Positions 27,301-39,300 of a stretch of DNA of 64,000 nucleotides are shown here, piece by piece. The stretch is from positions 4,185,603 through 4,249,602 of the forward strand of contig NC_057756.1 of assembly GCF_004010195.1 (NCBI RefSeq). The letters are read 5' to 3'. The notes under the pieces were generated by a model that made no database searches, was not told the origin of the DNA, and saw only the letters and a list, made by a program, of their open reading frames with translations. This stretch comes from Chiloscyllium plagiosum. Taxonomy: Eukaryota. Position numbers and translations under genes: made by a program. The stretch's first letter is position 1, and the number at the start of each line of letters is the position of its first letter.

Positions 27301-30300
27301 CAATGTAGTTAGGATGTGTGATTCATACCTGATTTCACCTTTGGAAAACTTTTGAGAAGGTAGGATAAGCAACATATATTTCCAAATTGGATTTCACAGA
27401 CGATTGAAGCATGTACCATTGTCTGAAAGAGTGAAGGCAATTTCGGCTTTCGTAACACCGAATTGACTATATCAATTTGAGTCATGCCATTTCATATTAA
27501 AAATACGTGCATCACATTTCAAAGCCTAACCAATACAGTCATTACTTGGTTATCCAACTATGTCGGACACATTGACAATGTGGTGACTTTTTAGTTATGA
27601 GTAGAGGGAACATTTGCTTCATTGATCATTATTATTTGTTTGCGTTTGGGAGTCAAGATAGTTGATCAACGTGATTAAGAGTAAACTCGCTAAAATACAA
27701 ATCACCTTAATGGGTCATGTTATGGGGTGCAGATAGTTGAGCACACGGAACGTTAAAATAAAGGTTATTGGAGCATTTTCCACACTATCGATGAAGAAAG
27801 CAGTACAAAGATTCTAGTGATTGAAAAGGTCTTTTGGAAATTTGCAACGACACTTAGAAGTGTGGCTGTTTCACGCACTGAGTTATTGAAGGAGTGCAGA
27901 ATATCGGAAGGAACTTGAGAGACTGAAAGCTGTGTTACTCACTGTTCCAATGTTAGCCATATCGAATTACACAAACCATTCAAGGTGGCTGTCAATGCGA
28001 GTAATGTTGATGTAGTCTTGCAGGAAGACGAAGAGGAGATAGAAAGACATATTGCATTTTTTTGATGAAGTTCAAAGTTGATCAACAGAATTATTCGGAC
28101 AGTTGAGAAGTTAACTTTGAACTTCGTGTTGGTGTTCAAACACTTCAACGTTGATGATGTCAGTAATATGTCTGTGATTATCATGCATATTGATGACAAG
28201 CCATTAACGTTTATGGAGAACTTCAAGGATACTGAAATTCTGATTGTTTTGTTGGAAATTATTATTGCAGCCATTCAATTTCAAATTTGGACATGTGATA
28301 GGACAAGAAAACATAATTACTGACGCATTATCGAGGCTTAGTTGAAAAACAAAAGTAGGTGTTCGGTGACAGGAGCAAACGGAGTAGAATGTCATAGTGC
28401 CTTTTTTGCCTGATTATTTGCCTTGTAATGTATACGTAATGTAGTATGCTAACAGAGTTAAACAAAGAGTTTTAAAATGCAGTCATCTTTGTATATTGAT
28501 GATTCATTATTTAAAATGGTGGGTGTGACGAAGCTTCACTTTTACAACTTATTTTGTCCTTGTTATTTTTTAATTGGAGGTCGGAAAGGCAGAGCTGAGG
28601 AATGTCATAATTGAGCTTTCTTTAATCAAGGAAAGGAAGTGGTCAGTTCTCCCAGTTGAGAATATTTTTTCGAGTTTGATCTAATTGTAACAGAGTGGAC
28701 CTGCTGATTTAGCTGGAGCAGAGAAGCTGAGGGGGAGAGAAAGGTTCCATGATTCAGCAGATGATCCCTGGCTGACGTTTCTCCCAGAAATCTCTCTTGC
28801 CTGTCAGACACAGTGTTTAAATTGCTTTGATAATTTGCTGCATCCGGTCAGCTATGTTATCCAATCGTTAAGTTTTTCTAAATTCCATTTTCATTTGGTC
28901 ATGTTTCAACTTTAGTGATTAAATAAATTGTTTCTGTTTTTTTTTGAAAGCCCAGTGGTTTGACAAATTGCATTACACCTCGGATATCCACATCTCATCT
29001 GCCTTTAAAATAAGAAGTTAAAATCTTGGCTACGTCCATAAAGTGTTTTGGGCACGTCGGGCCTGGTCCATTACACAAGACATGTGTAGACAGGGAATAG
29101 AGGGATATGGATCCTGTAAGTGAAGACTGTTTCCGTGTGGAAGGACAGGATATGTCTGCACAGGCTCCATTCTTGTGTTATATTGTTTCTTGTTCTTTGT
29201 GCTCAGTTTCAGATTCACCCGTTGTGATAAGTAAGAAATGATCAGTTGCACAATGAATGTGAAGTGAACTTAATGGGGAAATGCTCAAAAATATGTTTGA
29301 GAATGGTTCATTCATAGAGCAACATCATTTTCCGAACGCACATTGGAGATATTAACTCATGTGTAGCTTACCTTGTATGCAACTTTGATGACTAGCAGAA
29401 TACCTGAACAAGTTTTCAACAACGCCATCGCTCTTGCTATAAGATGAGAAAGAAAACTGGCCAAAGGATCCAGATGGTGGTTATAAGCAAGCATCAGCTA
29501 AATGATGAAATACGTTCACTCATTGAATTCAAACGGATTTAATTTCCATCAGATGAAAGGAAGAATGTGTAATGTTACTAAAAGAAATCAGTCAGAGGAA
29601 TGCCACAACGTGAATTCTTCATTCAGCGTACATGAACACACATGATGATAGCTGTGTTCCACTGCAGAGACGGTTAGACACTGTATGTTCATTACTAAAG
29701 TGTTACATGTTCAGATGCAAAATGAAGATACAATTGAACCAGTCTAATTGTTGTGGCCGACACAAGATCGGATTTTCTCACCGTTCAGATAAAATCTGTG
29801 CTGACTGCAATTCGCCAACATTTCACCGCTAACTTTTTGTTTTGTTGCCTTAAAGCCGTTCTGTGTCCTACGTTTCTCTCCATGAATGAGGTGGAGAAGA
29901 AACATCGCCTGTGGGATCCTGCCTGAGCTCATCTACTCTGTCTGCTTCAACATGTTTTCCTTCTTTTTATTCTTTTCTTTCTCTATTTATTTTCTGTGAA
30001 GAGATGTAGCCGACGGGGATGCCAGTTTGAGGAAGCGAGGACGAGCGAGAGGCAGAGACTAAGGTGGAGGAGAGAGAATCAGCATTGGGATTATCGAGAT
30101 AGCGAGTCCAATGCGGAGGAGAGCAAGTGTAGTGCGTGGAAAAACGATAACGGTGAATTACACAGAAAACACCGTGTATCTATATCAATGTCCAATTATT
30201 TTTGTGTCCAACTGACTCCTTCTCCCAGTATACATCTTGCACCTATCGCATAGACACACATTCAAGAAAGAGGCAACATAATAATTAGTGGGCGGTACGG

Positions 30301-33300
30301 TGGCACAGTGGTTAGCACTGCTGCCTCACAGCGTGAGAGACCCGGGTTCAATTCCCGCCTCAGCCGACTGACTGTGTGTAGTTTGCACGTTCTCCCCGTG
30401 TATGCGTGGGTTTCCTCTGAATGCTCCGGTTTACTCGCACAGTCCAAAGATGTGCAGGTCAGGTGAATTGACCATGCTGAGACCCGGGTTCAATTCCCGC
30501 CTCAGCCGACTGACTGTGTGGAGTTTGCACGTTCTCCCCATGTCTGCGTGGGTTTCCTCTGGATGCTCCGGTTTACTCGCACAGTCCAAAGATGTGCAGG
30601 TCAGGTGAATTGGCCATGCTAAATTACCCGTAGTGTTAGGTAAGGGGTAAATGTAGGATATGGGTGGGTTGCGCTTCGGCCGGGTGGTGTGGACTTGTTG
30701 GGCCGAAGTGCCTGTTTCCACACTGTAAGTAATCTAATCTAAAGTGGGAAAATTCACTTAAAATTGCGAAGGCACAAAAGCCATGCCAGTCAGTTAAGCT
30801 CGACATTTCCTGTCAAGTGTGAAAGTTATTAAAATTTGTCAATTATTTTTGCTTTACTTGTGTTTATTACAAAACAAATTTCAATGATATTATGTTTTGT
30901 TTTGTTTTTCACAGAGGATAAGTTGCGACAATGTTTAAGAGGTGATTTTCTTTTCTCGAAGTATTCGACTTGTCTCTGTTGATCATTTTCAGTATTTAGA
31001 GTGGACAGACAGTTCTGTGCTTTTCAAACTTCAGGATCCAGAAGTCAAAGAGCTTTTAATACAAACCAGTTATATGGACACGTTTGAACAATAAAAAGAA
31101 AACATCAAAATTTAACATAGTGCAAATTTAAGTAAAGGGTGCAACGTTCCAAAAAGTCAATTACAATATTCCTATGAGTAATGTTTTTGAAGTCAAGGGC
31201 GTAAAATTCCAAATGTACTTTGGTAACCTGAGCCCTATGGAACTTGTCAACATGTTGAAAGACAGTGGGAATAAAGTTGCAGGTAAAGGGGTGTGTATAG
31301 AGTTCATACAATTGAGCTATTCTTCGAGAAGCACGGCTGCTACTTCAAAGTATGAAAACGCACATTATTGAAAATAAGGTCGACTTTGAATGAAGAGCTC
31401 GACATGGTGCGTGTACATGTCCTTGGTATAAACTTGGTAATTTAACGCAAAGGAAGTAGGAGATGTAGTTCCATTCAGAAATTTCCAGGATGCAGTAAAA
31501 ATGTTGCAGACAAAGAAAAATAAACTCTATTGATAACATTAGAAGTGGAATTAGTTTAAAGACAAAGACTGCATTAAAGAATATTGTTACTCCAATTCGG
31601 AAGGAACATAAAATTGTAAAATTGCAAATTGTACTTATATTAGCAGAAAGTTTGTAGCGAACCAATGCGAAACGAATATTCTTAGAAAACAACATTGTTT
31701 TCTTTATAGTTTGCAGTTCTGTGCAAAACAGTTATGGAATGTGTGAAACTGTTTCAGAAAATGTACAAACAGCTGCAATGGTACAGGACAAACGTTACAA
31801 TGACTGCTGATTAAAATTGAAAGGTTTCTCAATGATAAAAATGAAGTAGCTTCGGTAATCTGATTTAATTCAGTAAAGGAGTAGGAATTATTTTCGTTGC
31901 TTGATAGCTCAAGAACCACTGCACACAATTGCCACATATGAAAGACCCAATGTCAGCATGACAAAACATATGTCTATGCTCTGAATATTGCAGCCATACT
32001 ATTGGAAAATAATGGATATACTTGATATCGATGGATTCAACACATTCTGAGAAAAATGGTGTCGAGAAGTTAAAATGAACGATACACACTTCTAAAAGGA
32101 AAAAAAGAAACGGGAGGGAGAGGATCTTTGAAGTGACTCTGCGGAGATTTAGCGTTGGAAAATTAATGTGCTGATTTGTGAATAAACAATTCGTCTTTTT
32201 AAAGGAATTGTCATTAACGCATGTGCTACCATTTGATTTCATTTCAATGCCTGTTATCTTCTCAGAACTGGACAATACATGTAAAACCAATGGTATGTAG
32301 TGAGTGTCATGCAAACTATGTGGAGTAAGTTCCACCTCTTCAAAATTAATATTTAAATCTACATGATAGAATAGCGGGGCACACCGTTCTTCTGAGTAAA
32401 TAATCAGGCAATAATCTGAGGGAGATTTTGCAATGAGTTTGGTCATTGATTTCAATGCAAATTAAAACAAAAAAATGTTTTTAAAAATAGCTGGACGAAA
32501 AGGCAGAAAGTTATTAAGTGTTTGAATACTTCAATGAAACCATACAAAACTCCTCAAATTTCTCCGTCCTTTCAACAATTGCTTCAACATCCCTTTAAAT
32601 TTGATTTCCTTCAAATCATAGTAAGTGGGGCTTCAGCGCACAGGTATTACAAATGAAAGGAATACACAGAAACCACAGATCCACTAAGTAAGGAACGAAA
32701 GCAGAAATTGCTGGAAAAACTTAACAGGTTTTGCACGATCCGTGGAGATTAATCAGAGTTGATGTTTTGTGTCAAGTAACACTTACTCAGAATTTACAAA
32801 TATTTAGAAGCTTGAATATTCAGCCCTTTCACAATGCTGCTATATCAATCTTACCAAAACCTGAAAGACTGCAAAAAACACACTATAAAGCCCGAACTCA
32901 GCACTCACTAAGGCAGAGAAACATGCAATATAGATCAAGCAAATAATGCTGATGATTGTAAACGAAATCTGCTTAAATGTCAACCAAACAAAAATCAGAG
33001 TATAATTCCATTCTTTATTTGCACCACGTGGTTTGCAATTTTGCAGCCATGTTATTATTCAGAAATTTCATTACTCCACATTCCACAGAACAAGAATTCA
33101 GTTCAAATGTTTGCCATCTTTCATTACCCATTGCACACAATGTTGGATCGCAATTATCATTAAATGAATCGTATATCTGCACTATTTTAGATATCTTCAT
33201 TTCTATATGTATAGTTAAATTGAATTCTAAAGCATTTTGATTGGAATCCATGCCATTTCAATGTCCCTCATGTCACAATGCTGCTCCTTGGCTTATTTTT

Positions 33301-36300
33301 CAGAGAGGTCGTAAAGGGTTGCAAAGATTTCAGGGCTAATTTGATTATAGCTAACAGATACTGCCTCAGATAGACAGCTTTGAATTTAAAAAAAAAGTTC
33401 AATGCAAGTGGAGTGGACAGTTCTCCAAGCTCAACTTAACTCTTGTTTGGTTAACTGTCGTGTTAAAAACGCTGCAGGAGCCAAAGTACCAGGTCCAGGC
33501 TTGAACTCTCTCTCTCACTCTCTGACCTCTATCCTGTAAGAATCTGTGTTTGATATTACTTTTTTCTCCCAAGGGGTGATTATGGGGATTTTTACGAGAA
33601 TGTGGAGCAGCAGCATTACTTTGGGATAATCTTTTGGGCTCTCGGCCATGTTAAGTTCTGATGTATTGGTCTATTTTGTTTGTGGTTCATTCAGTAATCT
33701 TGTAAAAGAATGTTTTCTTTCGGACTAAGTGAGTTGGCCAGCTGCATCAGTCCTGGAATATCTGCATTATATTTGCCCAAAATAAGTAGATCATTTCGAG
33801 TCTGGACTGTTTTGTTGGAATGATTTGAGGGGGCTGGCCTGGACTATAACACTTACAAACTCTTTATATTTTCTGTCACAATACAAACTCAGTGATAACT
33901 GTATGGATGCATGGTGACTCAGTAGTTGCTTTGCTCCCTGCGGGATACTGAGATGGTTTCCAACCTTCTCTGTGGAGTTTGCCCATTCTCCCTATATCTG
34001 CACGGTTTCAATCTATGTAATCTGGTTTCCTCCCACAGACCAGAGGCGCGAGGTTAGCTGGTTTAGACATGGTAAATTGCACATAGTGCACAGGAATGTG
34101 TAGGTTTGGTGGATTGGCCAGGGGAAGTGCAGTTTACAGGGATAGTGTAGGGTTATTGTATTGGTACGATGCACGTCAGAAGATCTTTGTAAACATGATG
34201 ACCTTAATGGTCTGCTTTTACACGGTAGTGTTGCCAACATCCAAATGTTTTTGGTTTGATTTTTCATCTTTATTTACACTCTTCCAATAGGCATTACACA
34301 GTACCATACCTGTGAAGCATGTTGGCATCAGAAAAAGAGAATTGCTGAAAACAAAATGTGTGGACAGAAAGCAAGCTCAACGTTTCGAGTTTAATGACCC
34401 ATCGCCAGAATTGACTTTTGCTAGGAAGAGGTGGTCATATATGCTTGTGGTGATGATCGTAATTTGGATGTTATTCATGCCGAGAGAGACAGAGACAGAA
34501 CAGCAGTTGGAAGAAGGAACGATTGGTAAAAATCAGAAATGAAAGATCAACAGCTTCTAATGGGGGCTATTGATAGTTGAGAATATGTTTTTGGTGGCAA
34601 GAGCCCATGTGCTGACAAGGTGTGATATGTCGGAAGTTGATGTAAATACATATGAGAATGCGATCACGCCCTCAAATTATTGATCTCAATATTGCTTGCT
34701 GAAACCTGAAGGGTCAACAAGCTGCAAATGCAAAGCTGTTATTCTAGCATGTTCAGAATTTCGCTGGAGAATGGCAGCATGCTCGAGAATTAGATGGGAT
34801 TCCGGATGAGTTTGTCAGTTGGGTACAAAATTGAATTTACGATTGGAGGCAGATGGTGATTTTGGAATGTTGCCCTTTCCTACTAGTGCCCTGTGACAAC
34901 CGGTCGTTCAAAGGGATTGATTCTGTATGCACATTTGTTCATTATTTATAGAAATGTTTTGGACAAGAATATAAGAAGCATGGTTAGTAACTTACAGTTG
35001 AAACCCAATTTGGTTGCAGATAGGCGGTGAAGAAGATAACTAAGATTTCAAGGAGATGTTGTTAAATTGGACCAATTAGCTGGGAAGAAGAAAATACAGG
35101 TTGCTTTGGACAAATCTGAGATATTGCATTTTGGTCAAACTAACAAGGGTAGAAATTACACAAGTAATAGTAAGGCACTGGGTAACGATAAGGAATAGAT
35201 CTCAGGTGCGTAAGTTTTTGAAAGTTGAGTTGTAGTGGTTAAGAAGGCATTTATTACGCTTTCATTCATTGCTTAGATATTTGAAAATTGGAGTTTTTAT
35301 GCCATGTAGAGGTTTTACAACACTTTCGTGAGTCCCCAATAGAGTTAAGTCCGCAGTTCTGGTCATCCTGTTTCTCGAACGACGTTAAACTGGAGTGGGT
35401 TCCGAAAAGATTACCAGGAAGTGACGGGGAATGGAATGAATTATCACAATGACATGGATAAGCTGAGACGGTTTCGGTGGAGTACATCAGGTGGAAAGGT
35501 GAACATATAGAGATTTAAGAAATTATGAGGACAAACATAAGGTGAATAGCAAATGTATTTTGCAAAGGGTGTGAATTCAAAACTAAGAGAGTAATTATAA
35601 TTGAGAGAAGAAACGTCTAAGAGGAACATGAGGGTAAGTTTTATTCATACAGAGGCTGATTCTTCCGTGCAATAAACTGTCAGAGGAAGCAATAGATGTA
35701 GGTACAGTTGCAAAAATTTAAAAAAATGACACAAGTACCTGAATAGGCTGACTATAGAGGTTATACTGAGGGCACACATGCAGGTGAGCTAGTGTAGTTT
35801 GGGAACATGGTCAGCCTTAACTAGTTGGAACGAAGTTTCTCTTTCAATGTTTCTGAAACTGTAACTCTATGTTGAGCAATCACTCGGGCACACGTTTTTT
35901 TGTGACAGGCAAAGAAAACTTAAGAACAGTTTTGAAATTTGCCTGCCACTTTCAAACACCACTGTGTTCTCTGAAACACAACTCTACCTCGATTTTGCAG
36001 CAATCCTCCAATAAAGTTCAGTGCGAGGACAAATAAAAGAAATAATATGAGCATCCGGCGTTCCAGAGGACTGAATATCATATTCAATATTGTAGTGCCT
36101 GAGCACATTCTGCCGTTTCCTTAACCTAAACGCACAGACCAGGCCTGGTCAACAGAAAGGCGGCCATCATGCCTTTGTTATTAATGATATGCCCTCATTA
36201 GCAGCTCTTGATTCTCCCCGACTGAACTTTACCAAATCCGTTATCTGATCAATGTTCTCTCTCTTTCTGTCTCTTTCTGCCTCTCTCTGTCTCTCCCTCT

Positions 36301-39300
36301 CCTTCTCTGAGTTCCATCTCTAGCTATTGCTTACTCATATCTATCCTCCATTCCACTGTCAACATATATGCCAAGGTTTTCTCAGTTGAAATCAGTTCCG
36401 AAGGCTAACTGGAACTAAAATATGAACTGTGTTTTTGTTTTATCGCAGATGTTTCCAGACCTGTTGTTTTCTCCCCCAGAAATTGTCTTTTTTATTTCTG
36501 ATTTCCAGCTCATATTTACCTTTTTTTTATGACTTGAGGCAAATTGCTGATCTTGGATCTCATCACACTGAATTGAATGTTGTGTGATTTATGAAATTTT
36601 ACATAGTTTTATAATAAATTCAAACATTGATGATCTTAATTGCGCCAACGGAGTTGCACTCAAGGTTTCTTTCTTGTTGTCGGGCTCCACATGCATGGTT
36701 GTAGCACTGTGATAGTTGACATCCTGCTCCTAGAATCGCCTTTCACACCAATAACACGTTTTTCAAGAAGTGTTTGATGAACTTACAGCAATTTCGAAAA
36801 CACCAACACAGCCAACTGATAGAATGAGTGCAAATTTCTGCGATGAATTGCATGTTGTTGATGAGATCAGCGTTTCATTGCCTGTTTGTGACTGCCCAGA
36901 CGCCAGTTAACATTCAGCTGCAATTGTTATGGGCGTCGAGGTGCATGGAGGCTTGACTGGGGAAGGGTATTATCCTTCTTCCTTAAAGGATATTAATAAA
37001 ATAAATGTTTGTTTTTCCTTTTCCTCACATGGTTCAGGATCATCTCTTCATTCCAGATATTTTGCGAATTCAAATTCCACCATTTGCCGAGGCGTGATTC
37101 GAACCCCAGACATCTGAACATTATCTTGGTCTGAGGATTAACAGTCCAATTATAATCTCACACAGACTACCTCGTCCACTGTTTGATGAAAGTCGTGGTA
37201 ACCCTTTATGTTTATGTCTGTTTTATTATGTTGTCATGTTTGCTAACTAAATCTCACACATTATTTCCCTCATTATTCCAGACGAACGATTGATTAATGC
37301 AAAAGATGGTAAATTCTAGTACTTTATCAAACTGTATTGAGTGCTGATGTGCGTGATGATGCGTTCCCTTTATGAAGGTTACGTTGGCTTTGGTTTCTTG
37401 AAGAAAGATAGTAAAGGTACAGGTACCGAAGAGTAAAGTTCAAAAAATGGAAGGGGAATGGCTAGTTCTCCCAGCTCAGATTATTTTCGATCTAGTTTTA
37501 GCTGTAGCAGTAACAAGATATGAAAGTGCAGTGGAGTAGCAAACTTCAGCAAAGAACTCGTCTGAGATATTTCTGAAATCTCTTTCGATAGTATTCCCTC
37601 CGACCTGTAAGATTCTCTGCTTGAATTTACCTTTATGCCAAGGGGTTTGTTTGTGATGTGTTGCTGTATTGGAGTATTAATTAATAGTAGTTTTTGTACG
37701 GGATAGCTTACGTTTTCCAATAGTTAAAGTATTCGAAATGTTGTTTCTTTTGTTCGTGTTTTAAACGTATTCTTGAAGTAAGTCTTGATTTGCTTAAAGC
37801 TGAGTGGTTTCACGAGCTGAATCACACCTGGAGCACCCATTTCAAATCTGATGTATAATAACAGAAAGGTAGGACCTAGTCTATGACCGAGAAAAAGGGT
37901 TGAGATGGTACATAACCCGTGAAATAGTTATTTCTAGATATTAAGTGACAACTGAATTTCTGTCATCTTGAAATTATCTAGAACTTTTTTGCATGATATT
38001 CATCTTTCATATGGTTTCTTATATCCTGAATTTAACATTGATCTTGAACTGAAACCTTCTAACATCGATCTCATAAACGCAATTCATAGCAAACTAGCAA
38101 TGTTTGTATGCGCATAAATTGAAAGTTGCAAAATAATGCATGAATCGCCATCAAATGCTTCCATTTTCTTGATGCACTGATGAAGTTTAAGAATAATTGA
38201 AATTCTCTTCAATTGATATCACTGATTTATTTTGTTCGAGTCTATGAACAAATAGTTGAAGAAAAATAATTGCTCATGCACCGTTATATGTTTTCTTATT
38301 TCCATCTCCCTAACTGAAACTTTGCCTGTAAATGTTAATGATCCTACACATGCTGAACCTAAAACAGTGTATTGCTTGAAGACCATTTGTAAGAAAGCTA
38401 TAATTTAGGCCCAATAGCGTTCACTGGTTGTTGTTGCTCTAGTCATTTGATATAGTTCCATCTTACACATTCTCACAAGACATACCAAGATTGTCATGAT
38501 AATACACAGAAAACAACAACAAAAAAATGTTTCCAGGGCTTCTTAAAAACTGAAAATGACTGATTTTTTTTTATTTTCTGCAGAAATTCAAAAATTGAGA
38601 AATGATCTACAAGCTAGTAGTAAGAATGTGAATCATTGACTGACATTTAAAATAACTTGAAATTATTTGTGTTTTCACTATCGATTTACGAATCTAACTA
38701 ATGCAGGAAATCTTAACTCATTACTTAACTGAGCAAAACTGATGTGGAGAATTGCAATCATCGAGCCCTCTGCCTCGCTGTGTATTATTTGTGGCAAAAA
38801 TATTTTGCAGTGTTAATGCTATTGCTTATGTTGACTGCCACGTAATTTTTATATTAATCATATTCTCAGAGGACAAAGAATGCAATGGTGAGTAAGATTT
38901 AATTATCAGCTCAGCTCACTTTTATTTTGCGCTTACATTCTTCCATTCACAATTATGTATCAGCATTTGTTCAAAGGTTGCACACTTGTGATCAAAACAG
39001 TCACGGTGTACCAAACATGCCCCAACAGATTATTAACTAACAATGCGCATATGTTTTCAAGAGGTTCCAATTACATCAAAAGAAAAGATCTATATGTTGA
39101 AATATAACATCATCCTGAACACCAATGGAACAGCACAAAATATTTTTCCAATACTAAATGAAAAACTTTAAAATTGCAAATGATGAGTAAAATGTAGAAA
39201 TTTATTCCTCAGATGTCGAAGATCTTCTTCAAAAAACAGGTAAATAATTTGAGATCTGATGTGATCGTTTGAAAAATCAATTTTCTTATCCAGTTAAGGG

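Larger units (their letters stand above)
21259..29075 (+). mobile_element. Decayed two-LTR Gmr1-like Gypsy element (IN-RT-RNaseH order) carrying nested CR1 insertions
   Basis: Related LTRs 21259-~21790 and 28524-29075 (TG...CA); integrase IDCVG at ~23750 continuing at 26065 (TRYGL, AYHP); RT remnants 27050-27800; RNaseH ([10 protein letters not shown]) 27950-28330. Confidence 0.85.

Noticed and set aside
29928..30152. 225-nt open phase-1 segment with hydrophobic run and CQF, and a GERISIG string recalling VNAR in another frame
   Set aside because: GAG acceptor without pyrimidine tract; hydrophobicity comes from a T/C-rich tract; no Ig Cys/Trp/YxC framework or RSS
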